Part shown: in pieces, positions 50,741 to 63,990 of the stretch
Position numbering within the stretch: the stretch's first letter is position 1
Layout of the letters: each line of letters starts with the position of its first letter
From: Eledone cirrhosa
Lineage: Eukaryota
NCBI GenBank assembly: GCA_964016885.1
Contig: OZ024747.1
Location: 59,768,001 to 59,832,000, forward strand
Length of the DNA stretch: 64,000 nt
Reading direction: 5' to 3'
The notes under the pieces: generated by a model
Told to the model about the DNA's origin: nothing
Seen by the model: only the letters and a program-made list of their open reading frames with translations
Database searches by the model: none
Translations under genes and position numbers: made by a program

Positions 50741-51954
50741 ATTTAAATTAATTAATGAAAAATTTGGAGGGATTTACTAAAATTAGTAATTATTTCCTCA
50801 TTAAGATTGTATAGGTGGTGAATTGGTAGAATAATTAGTCGGTGAAAATACCTTAAGGCATTTATTACAGCTTTTATAATAATGGTTTCTAATGTTCAAA
50901 TTAGAGTTCAAATCCCACCAAAATCAAATTTGTCTTTCGTTAGCCTAGAGTTGATTAAATAAAATACAAGTGAAATACTAGGTCCAATATAATTGACTTT
51001 CCCAATCTACACAACATTGTTGACCTTGTGCTTACATTAGAAACGATTATTAAGCTGGTATTTGTAACATAACTGAACTGTTTTATATGAGATGCGATAA
51101 TGTTGTTGGTGTTTTAAATATTCTATAAATATGTCCATGGTCATACACCAAACAAGATGTAATAAACTGCTTTCACTCACTACCTCCGCCTCTCTCGCTC
51201 TCTCCATCTCTCACTACTATATCAATATAGGCCGATGGATTGGCAGTATTGGTAGAGTGTCGGACGCCATGCTTTGCAGCATAGATGTGGGACCCCATTT
51301 GCTCACCATACGGATTAATAGGCAAAGTTATAAACTATTGTTTCTACCGGTTGGAAGTCGGTGTTACAGTTCTGTGGTTTTCAGTTTTCACGAGATGTAT
51401 TAGTGATGTGATAGAGAGGAGGTAATTCTGAATTGTTCTTAGTCAGTAAAGATACAAGTAGATGGTGTGTATCTAGTTAGAACAGATACACACATATCAC
51501 TGGGTGTCATGAGAGGCAACTAAGAGGGTTGGCACTAGGAAAGGTATCTGGCTGTGAAACACTGCCTAAAAAAGGGTGTCATGAGAAGTATGAAGCCCAT
51601 CATGGCGTCCACATGGTTAACCCCACACTTAAAACCCTTAGCAAAATCAAGTCTTACTTGATTGCAAATGATAGTTGCAGCAGTAATGAAATCAATGTTT
51701 ACACCCTTACCATTCTCACATTTGATCAAGCAGAACATCCTGGATTTGACAGCTAGTGGAGGAGAGAGCTGCACCAGTATAGGGTTGGTACTTTTATTAT
51801 TGAACCTGAGAGGATGAAAAGCAACATAGAACTCATTATTTAAACACAGAGCACAGGATGATAGAACACATTAAAACGCAGTCTATCTAATATTCTAATG
51901 ACTCTTCCAAATTGCCTGTCTTAACTCATAATAGGATAAAGTATTTTAAAATTA

Positions 51955-53585
51955 CACCGTGTAACAAACAAATTATTTTTCTCTGTTCCTGGCTTGTAAT
52001 CACTTTTTTGTGTTGCTTAGGTCCCAAATAAATAAAAACAAGTGCTATTAAACAGTTAAAAGTTTGGGTTTGTAAAAATTCTAAGCTATTCACTAGAATT
52101 ATTTGTATGCTGGATTTTACATTGTATGCAAGTTTAATTTGCTTATGTTAAATGATTTTTTTTATATATGTTTCAGGTTAAATTAAAATTATAAAATAAA
52201 GAGTAATACCTAAAGAAAATTATAAAAGTGCAATAAAGTATAAAATTGTTAAAAAGTGGATTAAAGAGATTTATTGATACTGGATTTTCGCATCCTGAAT
52301 AAAGGGTAAGTTGTGTTTTAAGCATTCGTCTCCAGGATGAAGCAGTGGAACTTGGTCAAGGAGGAAGTGCAGGTGACAAGTCAGAGAAGTCGACACAAAC
52401 CTTTCTCAGGCTTTTACACTCTTAGGGATGGCCTCTGCTTCTGCCATGACGTGCCTGGACTGTTTATAGACAGCTCCACTACAAGTTTGAAGACTGTCCT
52501 CCTCCACAATGGAAACAAGTTCCTGACACTGCCCATAGCTCATTCAGTCTGCCTGAAGGAAGATTACTACAGTGTGAGAGTCCTCTTGGAAGCTCTGCAA
52601 TACAACCAGTACAATTGGGAAATCATTGTAGACTTCAAGATGGTGGCTTTCCTGCTTGGACTCCAAGGAGGCTTTATCAAATTCCAATGCTTCCTCTGCC
52701 TTTGGGACAACAGAGCCACCTCTGACCACTACAAAAGAAAGAACTAGGAGCAGCGAACAGAATTTGTAGTTGGGACCTGGAACGTCATTTGGGAGCCACT
52801 GGTTGATGAAGCAGTTTGTGAAGGCTCTCAACCAAGAATCAGCCGCTTTTAAGTACCTTCTTGAGTTCTTCCCCAAATTATCTGAGGCCAAAATCAAAGG
52901 TGGAATTTTTGTTGGACCTCAGATAAAGGTGTTTGAGTCTACTGAGTTCGCCAATAAGCTCAATAGGATTGAGAGAATAGCATGGAACTGTTTCAAGGCA
53001 GTTGTTAACTACAGAGCTGAAAACTACCAGCAACTGGTGCAGGATCTGATAAAGGCTTTTGGCGCCATGGGATGCAGGATGTCGTTTAAACTCCATATGC
53101 TGGACGCTCACCTGGAAAAATTCAAGGACAATATGGGTGCCTACTCAGAAGAACAAGGCGAACGATTCCACCCAGATGTGAAAGAGATAGAGTCGAGGTA
53201 CCAGGGCCACTACAATGAAAAAATGATGGGGGACTATATCTGGGGGCTTGTGCGGGAATGCGACCTGGACTACAACCGCAAATCCAGGAAATCCAGTCAT
53301 TTCTGACGTGTGTAAGTTGCTTTATAAGTGTTATTTGTGTTGACTTGTTTGCTTTTGATAAGCTTGTGTAATAAAATAAATATATACTCTGTTGATTTAA
53401 TTATACGAACTGATAAATTAAAAAAAAGTGTTTTTTCTTGAAAAATATGAAAATTTTGCAATATCAAATTCCTGACCACAAACTCAAACTTCTGATTAAA
53501 TAATAGTGTTTTTTTAATAATAATGGGATATAACAAACCATGAAATGATACTTAGAACCGGGGAACAAAAAAATGTTACACAGTG
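51955..53585 (+). mobile_element. Chapaev3 (CMC superfamily) DNA transposon, internally deleted
   Basis: TTA|CACCGTGTAACA ... TGTTACACAGTG|TTA (CAC..GTG ends, 3-bp TWA duplication); transposase LFIDSS..SLKTVLLHNGN, CFLCLWD, LMKQFVKAL, AKIKGGIFVGPQI, SEEQGERFH, MMGDYIW. Confidence 0.88.
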
Positions 53586-53783
53586 TTATTTATGTAAAAA
53601 TTAGTCTATTTTCTATTATCCTGAATTTTGAAATAGATACACTGTATCCCTACCTACTGTTAGATGTAACTAAAATGACTGGAGTAAGGAAGACCATCAG
53701 GCCATAAACACTGCCATAAAAAAACTGTAAGGAAAAGTGGATGTAAAATTAACGATGATGGTGATTAAAAAATGTTTATTTAA

Positions 53784-54100
53784 CTCTTAACCCTTTAGTA
53801 TTTAAACCAGCTGTATCTGGCCATTGTTCTCAAAATAAACAATATCGAAATCTTATAGATTTATAAAAATACAATAGTATAAATAGAGCAATGTAAATGC
53901 TAATGGGTTAATCTCATATATAACATGAAACTACATTAGTAAGACATTCTTGAAAGCTAAAAAAACAGTACTATGACTGCATCATATTAAAAATGAAATT
54001 TTTCACAATGTCCTATCTACTAGTTAAAATACTACAAGAGTTTGAAGTAACAAAACTGTTTTTAGATATTTTCTGTTAAATCATTACTGGATGTTAAGAG
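53784..54100. mobile_element. Nested TTAA MITEs (53791-53907 inserted in the left TIR of an older CTCTTAAC-ended MITE)
   Basis: TTAA|CTC-TTAA|CCCTTTAG...TAATGGG|TTAA ... GATGTTAAGAG|TTAA. Confidence 0.65.
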
Positions 54101-55307
54101 TTAATATAAAATATAGATATTTGAATAATGGTAAACAGAATTACATTTATAGATAGATGGCCTACAATTTATTGGCAATATCTGTAACCCCAACAGAAAG
54201 TATAGATGAAGCAACAGAAGATGAAAAATAGGTTTGGGTGGTGTGAGAGGAAAATCTTCTCATGCTTTCGTTCCTTCCTCAAAGACACCATGCTGGAATT
54301 ATAATAGATTTTCACAAAGTTGATATTCCGCACCATTGAATAATACTTCGATATTTTTTTTTTCTTTTGTTTCCTAGGATACAAAATAAATTATCTTATT
54401 TGTGTATTTTTTATATTTATTTATTTTTTTTTTATATTTTTTTCTTTCTACATATCTGCCTGCCTTTTCTTGCTATACATTTATCTTCTAAACTGATTGA
54501 TTATAGTCATTATATAAGTGATCTAATTGGATTAGATCATTGCCATCTTCTTTGCTTGGCAAATACACATGGTATATATCAGATTTTAGTTGCTGTATTC
54601 TGTGACAGCTAAGTAGGTTACACATTTCTGTATCTATTCAATAGAAATCATGTAAGGACCAGTTTAGAAGATTATAATTGCATTGTGCTAAGGGAATGGG
54701 CAATCTTTATTTTAGTTTTCAACTTTAAATTGATTTTTAAATTAGTTTTCTGTTCTTATAGAATTCTCTTTATCATATTTATTTATTTATTTTTTGTTAA
54801 TTTTAAACATCTACACTGAGCCCATAGTTGCTGCTGCAGCTGTTGTTGTTATTGTTGCTCTTGTTGTTGTGGTTGTTGTTGTTTCTGCTGATGCTGCTGA
54901 TGCTGCTGTTGCTGTTGCTATTGTTGTTAAGAAGGTGGCCAACTGGTTGAGCTTTTGAACAGAATGCTTTGTGATATTCATTTAAACTCTCTAGATTCTG
55001 AGTTCAAATCCTGCTAAGGCCAACTGTGCCTTTCATCTTTTTCAGAGTCAGTTACTGGGGTGTTGAGTTTTTTTTTCTTTTTCTTCTCTTTCTCTCTATC
55101 TCTGGAAGAAATCTCTCTCTCTCTCTCTCTCTCTCTGGAAGAAATCAGATGTGGTCAAACCAAGAGGAAGATTTGTACTGACAGGTTTAAAATATCCAAT
55201 ATGGGAGCTATACAACTCCTTTCGGAGTTATCAGTGACTATTGCCTTTGTTGTCAGTAGTGATGGTAGTGTAACTAACTACAGCTGCCATTTACAACCAA
55301 GTATGTC

Positions 55308-55490
55308 TGGATTGGCAGTGTCAGTAGAGAGTCGGACGCCATGCTTTCCAGCATAGTTACCTCCCTTTACGATCTGAGTTCAAATCCCGCCGAGGTTGAC
55401 TTTGCCTTTCATCCTTACGGGGTCGATAAAATAAAGTACCAGTAATGCACTGGGTAATTGCTGGCCTTGTGCCTAAAGTAGAAACAATTA
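55308..55490 (+). mobile_element. SINE family B copy
   Basis: Near-identical to 5716-5900. Confidence 0.88.
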
Positions 55491-56520
55491 CTTATCACAT
55501 ATGGTATATATTACTAGATATCACATATGGTGTATATTACTAGATATCACATATGGTGTATATTACTTATTATCACATATGGTGTATATTATTACTATCA
55601 GATACTGAACAACATGCGAGTATTACAGCTTGTATATATTATATGGTATCACAAATGTCGTATATTACTGGTATCAAATACTTGGATAGCACATTGGTAT
55701 TACAGCTAGTATATATTACATGGTATCTGGCTGAGAAATATTGCCTCAAAAAGGGTGCCATGAGAAGTATAAAGCCCATTATGGGATCTGCAAGGTTAAC
55801 CCCAGACCTAAAATACTTAACAAAATCAAGTACTACTTGAATGTAAATGATATCTGTTGCAGTATTGGCAGTATCGGTAGAGGGTCGGACACCATGCTTT
55901 CTACCATAGAGTTACGGCCCTTGCCATTCTGAGTTCAAATCCCGCCGAGGTTAACTTTGCCTTTCATCCTTAAGGGGTCGATAAAATAAAGTACCAGTAA
56001 TGTACTGGGATAATTGCTGGCCTTGTGCCAAAAGTAGAAACAATTATTATATATGGTGTATATAACTGGTATCAACTACTTGGATAACATGTTGGTATTA
56101 CAGATAATATATATTTTACATGATATCACATATGATGTGTATTACTGGTATTAAATACTTGAAAAACATGTTGATATTACAGCTAGTTTATATTGCTTAT
56201 CACATATGGTGTATATTACTGGTATCAGATACTTAAACAACACGTTGGTATTACAGATAATATATTAGATGATATCACTTATGGTGTATATTACTGGTAT
56301 CAAATAAATTAGGTACTACATTGTATCACGAAGGGTATATATTATATGGTATCAAATACTTGAAAAACATGTTGATATCATTACAGCTATATATATATAT
56401 TAAATATCACATATAGTGTATATTACTGGTATCAGATACTTGGAGAGCATATTGGTATCAAACATATTATGTACTATATGGTATCACGGGTGGTATATAC
56501 TACATGATATTAGATATCTC
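55491..56520. repeat. Degenerate minisatellite (tatcacatatggtgtatattactggtatcagatact...) interrupted by a SINE B (55862-56045)
   Basis: Recurrent tatcacatatggtgtatattac and ttggtattacag motifs. Confidence 0.75.
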
Positions 56521-56611
56521 AAGATACCATTAACTCATGTCACTGTCATATATATATATATGATATATATATATATAATATATATAATATATATATAAAT
56601 AATATATATGT

Positions 56612-56810
56612 ATCATCATCATCATCATCATCAACGTTTAACGTCCGTGTTCCACGCTTGCATGGGTTTGGACGGGGGTAGTCCCACTTGAGGCAAGAGT
56701 GGTTGTCTTGCTCGCATAGGATTGTCTGGCGGGTTTTCTACAGTTGGATGCCCTTCCTAACACCAACCACATTTACAGTGTGGGCCTGGGAGGTTTTTAC
56801 CGTGTTGCCT
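56612..56810 (-). mobile_element. RTE 3' end fragment
   Basis: Near-identical to 38838-39026. Confidence 0.88.
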
Positions 56811-56819
56811 TATATATAA

Positions 56820-57000
56820 ATAATTGTTTCTACTTTTGGCACAAGGCCAGCAATTACCCAGTGCATTACTGGTACTTTATTTTATCGACCCCGTAAGGAT
56901 GAAAGGCAAAATTAACCTCGGCGGGATTTGAACTCAGACCATAAAGGGTCGTAATGATGCTGGAAAGCATGGCGTCCGACCTTCTATCGATACTGCCAAT
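56820..57000 (-). mobile_element. SINE family B copy
   Basis: Reverse complement of family B. Confidence 0.88.
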
Positions 57001-57314
57001 GTCCCAATAATAGCTTTTAATCATAATAATCCTCTCGTTCATTAAACCTCCTTTATTTCTTCAACTTTCTTAATCCATTTACAGTCTTCCTCTCCCCGTA
57101 TCTCTAAACCTCCTCAAACATGTCATCTTTATCTATTACCATTCACCTCTACCCACCTTCACCCTTTTCACACCTTTGCCTTGACAACAGTTTTCCTTCC
57201 TTACAAATTTTAAATTTCTCCATCATCATCATCAGCAGCAGCACCACTACTATCATAACCATTCATCACTTTTTGTAATTCTAAATGAAGTTATCAATTC
57301 TGAAATATGTATTT

Positions 57315-57370
<56 letters not shown>

Positions 57371-57870
57371 TATTTATTATTTTTATCATTATTTTTGTTA
57401 TTAATATTCTCATACCATTCTCTGTTTCCATAGAAACCTTTCTCCAGCAAACTTCAGATTATATTTTCAGAGTGAACGAACTATTACTGTGTTTGAGGCA
57501 CAGCCTCTGGTTTATATGAAGTGTGGCTTGTGTTATATTTAATGGCAATTCTGTGGATTATGTGTGTTGTGTGAGTTGCATAGAGAAAACGCTACCTGTG
57601 TTGTGCTTTTCAACTGAAAGTATCTCGTATGGGATATACCCAGCAGGTCTATTTCTGGGGGCTTGTGTTTAACCTTTTTATTACCATCATCATAATAAAA
57701 CACATGATCACAGTGATAGCCACTTTGCCATAGATTTGTCTGTCAAGTGGTAATGTGAGCATGTATATGCTTTGATATTTTCCACCTTATCCTGACCCCC
57801 CCTCCCCCCATCTATCATACACACAGTGTTGATGAAATATATCCATTATAGCAAACAATATATATATATA

Positions 57871-58235
57871 TCATCATCATCATCATCATCATCATTTAAC
57901 ATCTATCTTCCACGTTAGCATGGGTTGGACGGGTTTGTCCCATTTGAGGTAAGTTGGGTCCAGTAACCATGTCTCGCTCATATATGACTGTTTCTGGCTG
58001 GATTTCTATAGCTGGATGCTCTTCCTAACACCAACCACATTTAATATAATATAATTGTTTCTACTTTTGGCACAAGGCCAGCAATTACTCAGTGTATTAC
58101 TGGTACTTTATTTTATCGACCCCGTAAGGATGAAAGGCAAAGTTAACCTCGCCGGGATTTGAACTCATAATGGAAAAGGCCGTAACTCTTTGCGTCAAAG
58201 CATGGCGTCTAACCTTCTACTGATACTGCCAATCC
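57871..58235 (-). mobile_element. RTE 3' end fragment (57871-58043) followed by a SINE B (58052-58235)
   Basis: (CAT)n plus RTE terminus; reverse complement of SINE B. Confidence 0.85.
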
Positions 58236-58326
58236 ATATTTATATATATTATATCATATTATAGAGAGCCAGTACCTAATGGCTGAGCTTTAGCCAATTC
58301 AACAACTAGATCCAAACTTGATGTAT

Positions 58327-61300
58327 ATCATCATCACCATTTTACATCCATTTTTTTCACGCTAGCATGGGTTAGACGAGTTGTCCTGTTGTGGGCAATG
58401 CTAGGTCAGGTGACCATGTCTTCCTCATACAGAAATGATTTTGGCTTGGTTTCTACAGCTAAGTGCCCTTCCTAACGCCAACCTCATTTACAATGAGTAC
58501 TGGGTGCTTTTTGCCATGATGCTTGCCCAACCACTTTACAGTGAGCGCTGGGTGCTTTTAGTCGTGAAGACCTACATGACTACTTTACAGTGAGGGCTGG
58601 GTGCTTTTTGTGATGACACCTACACGATCACTTTACAGTGTGGGCTGGGTGCTTTTTGTCATGACACCTACACGATCACTTTACAGTGTGGGCTGAGTGC
58701 TTTTTGTGATGACACCTACACGACCACTTTACAGTGTGGGCTGGGTGCTTTTTGTCATGACACCTACACAACCACTTTACAGTGAGGGCTGGGTGCTTTT
58801 TGTCATGACACCTACACAACCACTTTACAGTGTGGGCTGGGTGCTTTTTGTCATGACACCTACACGACCACTTTACAGTGTGGGCTGGGTGCTTTTTGTC
58901 ATGACACCTACACGACCACTTTACAATGTGGGCTGGGTGCTTTTTGTCATGACACCTACACGACCACTTTACAGTGTGGGCTGGGTGCTTTTTGTCATGA
59001 CACCTACACGACCACTTTACAGTGTGGGCTGGGTGCTTTTTGTCATGACACCTACACGACCACTTTACAGTGTGGGCTGGGTGCTTTTTGTCATGACACC
59101 TACACGACCACTTTACAGTGTGGGCTGGGTGCTTTTTGTCATGACACCTACACGACCACTTTACAGTGTGGGCTGGGTGCTTTTTGTCATGACACCTACA
59201 CGACCACTTTACAGTGTGGGCTGGGTGCTTTTTGTCATGACACCTACACGACCACTTTACAGTGTGGGCTGGGTGCTTTTTGTCATGACACCTACACGAC
59301 CACTTTACAGTGTGGGCTGGGTGCTTTTTGTCATGACACCTACACGACCACTTTACAGTGTGGGCTGGGTGCTTTTTGTCATGACACCTACACGACCACT
59401 TTACAGTGTGGGCTGGGTGCTTTTTGTCATGACACCTACACGACCACTTTACAGTGTGGGCTGGGTGCTTTTTGTCATGACACCTACACGACCACTTTAC
59501 AGTGTGGGCTGGGTGCTTTTTGTCATGACACCTACACGACCACTTTACAGTGTGGGCTGGGTGCTTTTTGTCATGACACCTACACGACCACTTTACAGTG
59601 TGGGCTGGGTGCTTTTTGTCATGACACCTACACGACCACTTTACAGTGTGGGCTGGGTGCTTTTTGTCATGACACCTACACGACCACTTTACAGTGTGGG
59701 CTGGGTGCTTTTTGTCATGACACCTACACGACCACTTTACAGTGTGGGCTGGGTGCTTTTTGTCATGACACCTACACGACCACTTTACAGTGTGGGCTGG
59801 GTGCTTTTTGTCATGACACCTACACGACCACTTTACAGTGTGGGCTGGGTGCTTTTTGTCATGACACCTACACGACCACTTTACAGTGTGGGCTGGGTGC
59901 TTTTTGTCATGACACCTACACGACCACTTTACAGTGTGGGCTGGGTGCTTTTTGTCATGACACCTACACAACCACTTTACAGTGTGGGCTGGGTGCTTTT
60001 TGTCATGACACCTACACGACCACTTTACAGTGTGGGCTGGGTGCTTTTTGTCATGACACCTACACAACCACTTTACAGTGTGGGCTGGGTGCTTTTTGTC
60101 ATGACACCTACACGACCACTTTACAGTGTGGGCTGGGTGCTTTTTGTCATGACACCTACACAACCACTTTACAGTGTGGGCTGGGTGCTTTTTGTCATGA
60201 CACCTAGACAACCACTTTACAGTGTGGGCTGGGTGCTTTTTGTCATGACACCTACACGACCACTTTACAGTGAGGGCTGGGTGCTTTTTGTCATGACACC
60301 TACACAACCACTTTACAGTGTGGGCTGGGTGCTTTTTGTCATGACACCTACACGACCACTTTACAGTGAGGGCTGGGTGCTTTTTGTCATGACACCTACA
60401 CAACCACTTTACAGTGTGGGCTGGGTGCTTTTTGTCATGACACCTACACGACCACTTTACAGTGTGGGCTGGGTGCCTTTTGTCATGACACCTACACAAC
60501 CACTTTACAGTGTGGGCTGGGTGCTTTTTGTCATGACACCTACATGACCACTTTACAGTGTGGGCTGGGTGCTTTTTGTCATGACACCTACACGACCACT
60601 TTACAGTGTGGGCTGGGTGCTTTTTGTCATGACACCTACACAACCACTTTACAGTGTGGGCTGGGTGCTTTTTGTCATGACACCTACACGACCACTTTAC
60701 AGTGTGGGCTGGGTGCTTTTTGTCATGACACCTACACGACCACTTTACAGTGTGGGCTGGGTGCTTTTTGTCATGACACCTACACGACCACTTTACAGTG
60801 TGGGCTGGGTGCTTTTTGTCATGACACCTACACGACCACTTTACAGTGTGGGCTGGGTGCTTTTTGTCATGACACCTACACGACCACTTTACAGTGTGGG
60901 CTGGGTGCTTTTTGTCATGACACCTACACGACCACTTTACAGTGTGGGCTGGGTGCTTTTTGTCATGACACCTACACGACCACTTTACAGTGTGGGCTGG
61001 GTGCTTTTTGTCATGACACCTACACGACCACTTTACAGTGTGGGCTGGGTGCTTTTTGTCATGACACCTACACGACCACTTTACAGTGTGGGCTGGGTGC
61101 TTTTTGTCATGACACCTACACGACCACTTTACAGTGTGGGCTGGGTGTTTTTTGTCATGACACCTACACAACCACTTTACAGTGTGGGCTGGGTGCTTTT
61201 TGTCATGACACCTACACGACCACTTTGCAGTGTGGGCTGGGTGCTTTTTGTCATGACACCTACACAACCACTTTACAGTGTGGGCTGGGTGCCTTTTGTC

Positions 61301-62489
61301 ATGACACCTACACGACCACTTTACAGTGTGGGCTGGGTGCCTTTTGTCATGACACCTACACTACCACTTTACAGTGTGGGCTGGGTGCTTTTTGTCATGA
61401 CACCTACACGACCACTTTACAGTGTGGGCTGGGTGCCTTTTGTCATGACACCTACACAACCACTTTACAGTGAGGGCTGGGTGCTTTTTGTCATGACACC
61501 TACACGACCACTTTACAGTGTGGGCTGGGTGCCTTTTGTCATGACACCTACACGACCACTTTACAGTGTGGGCTGGGTGCCTTTTGTCATGACACCTACA
61601 CAACCACTTTACAGTGTGGGCTGGGTGCTTTTTGTCATGACACCTACACGACCACTTTACAGTGTGGGCTGGGTGCTTTTTGTCATGACACCTACACGAC
61701 CACTTTACAGTGTGGGCTGGGTGCTTTTTGTCATGACACCTACACGACCACTTTACAGTGTGGGCTGGGTGCTTTTTGTCATGACACCTACACAACCACT
61801 TTATAGTGAGGGCTGGGTGCTTTTTGTCATGACACCTACACGATCACTTTACAGTGTGGGCTGGGTGCTTTTTGCCATGACACCTACACGATCACTTTAC
61901 AGTGTGGGCTGGGTGCTTTTTGTCATGACACCTACACGACCACTTTACAGTGTGGGCTGGGTGCTTTTTGTCATGACACCTACACGACCACTTTACAGTG
62001 TGGGCTGGGTGCTTTTTGTCATGACACCTACACGATCACTTTACAGTGTGGACTGGGTGCTTTTTGTCATGACACCTACACGATCACTTTACAGTGTGGG
62101 CTGGGTGCTTTTTGTCATGACACCTACACGACCACTTTACAGTGTGGGCTGGGTGCTTTTTGTCATGACACCTACACGATCACTTTACAGTGTGGGCTGG
62201 GTGCTTTTTGTCATGACACCTACACGACCACTTTACAGTGTGGGCTGGGTGCTTTTTGTCATGACACCTACACGATCACTTTACAGTGAGGGCTGGGTGC
62301 TTTTTGTCATGACACCTACACGATCACTTTACAGTGTGGGCTGGGTGCTTTTTGTCATGACACCTACACGACCACTTTACAGTGTGGGCTGGGTGCCTTT
62401 TGTCATGACACCTACACAACCACTTTACAGTGTGGGCTGGGTGCCTTTTGTCATGACACCTACACAACCACTTTACAGTGAGGGCTGGA
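58327..62489 (-). repeat. RTE 3' terminus followed by about 83 tandem copies of the 48-bp 3'UTR module (4-kb satellite)
   Basis: Unit TGTCATGACACCTACACGACCACTTTACAGTGTGGGCTGGGTGCTTTT, about 58490-62489, contiguous with the RTE terminus at 58327-58490. Confidence 0.95.
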
Positions 62490-63609
62490 TGTATAATTCA
62501 GCCTGTCCTCACAGGAGATGTATATATATGACTGGGTAGTTAGAAATGGGTGGATGTTAAACTATAATGCTTTAGGTGTTAGACTCACAGTCATAATGTC
62601 ATGGGGTTTGATCCTTGACTGGGTGGTTAGAAATGGTTTGGTGTTAACATATAGTGGTTTATATGTTTGACTGACAATCAGAAGGTTGTGAGTTCAATTC
62701 CTGGACCTGGTGGCTAGAAATGGTTGAGTGTTAAACTATAGTAGTTTAGGTGATAGACACACAATCATAAACCCATGGGTTTGAGTGGTTGATTGAGTGG
62801 CAAGGTATGTTCTGGATCAAAATGTTTCATTTCTTGTTGCTTTTCATGAGAAGACTGGGTTTCCTATCAGAAACCTCCCATGTGATGCAACGTCAGCTGA
62901 AGTCAGCTAAACTTGCTTAAGTATGAGTTGTATAAAATTTTAAAATTAATGTATTGGTTCCTTATTGTGGTGTTTGATGCCATTAGTGATAAAATGTGAT
63001 CAAACTAATAAATAAACCTGTTAGTTTAAAATATTAAGAAAGAGTAGAGGGGGGTGGGGGTGGAGAAAGAAAGAAAATCTTTCCATCTGAAGAGGAATTA
63101 ATGGAATGTGGGAGATGACATTTAATAGAATGGACTAGAGGGGGGGGGGGGGGGGTGAAGAGGTATGGAGGTATATTCATTAAAAAGAATCTTTTTACAA
63201 AAATATACCTATTAAGAAATACATTTAAACAAGAGCTGAATATACACATATGTATATATACATAACTCTCTCACACACATACATACATACATACACAAAC
63301 ACTCAAATACATATCCATATACATACACGAGCACAGGGATAAGTGAAGGAAAACCAAATATACAAAATTCATAGATATGAAAATTTGTAAATACATAAAT
63401 ATATAAATATATAAAGAATAATAATATATAAATTTAATACCGAGTTAGATGAAAATATAGTGATTCACATTCACACAGCCTTGAATAAATATTATCCCAT
63501 TCTTACTCACTGTATTGAGTACTTTCTTTCAGTAAATTGCAAGCACACTAGTGTTACATTACCAATCTATTGTATATTGTTGTTGTGCACCTGAGCACTG
63601 TACACAATC

Positions 63610-63790
63610 ATTGGCAGTATCGGTAGAGGGTCGGACGCCATGCTTTGACGTATAGAGTTATGGCCCTTGCCATTCTAAGTTCAAATCCCGCCAAGGTTAA
63701 TTTTGCCTTTCATCCTTACGGGGTCGATAAAATAAAGTACCAGTAATGCACTGGGTAATTGCTGGCCTTGTGCCTAACGTAGAAACAATT
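63610..63790 (+). mobile_element. SINE family B copy
   Basis: Head, core and tail as in other copies. Confidence 0.88.
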
Positions 63791-63794
63791 ATTA

Positions 63795-63990
63795 TTTCAT
63801 TGCTGTTATAAGATGCCAGTCTGTTGCAGAATTAACTCTCCAGCTACTGCTGGTACTCAGCTGAGTGTACTGGAGCAACGTGAAATAAACTGTTTTGCAC
63901 AAGAACACAACACAGTAGTCTGTCCAGAAATCGAACCAATGACATGATCTTACATCAAGAATCCTAACCATTAGGCCATATACCTTCACT
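63795..63990 (-). mobile_element. SINE family A copy
   Basis: Homologous to 19070-19258. Confidence 0.7.

Noticed and set aside
54169-54384. Possible further exon of AGBL4 or an antisense gene
   Set aside because: No similarity to the expected next CCP6 segment, short frames, and no recognisable motif
58676-62539. 863-, 659- and 616-aa ORFs (CRCHDKKHPAHTVKWS and MTPTRPLYSVGWVLFV repeats) as Cys/His metal-binding proteins
   Set aside because: The 48-bp unit is a multiple of 3 and stop-free in several frames on both strands; it derives from a LINE 3'UTR
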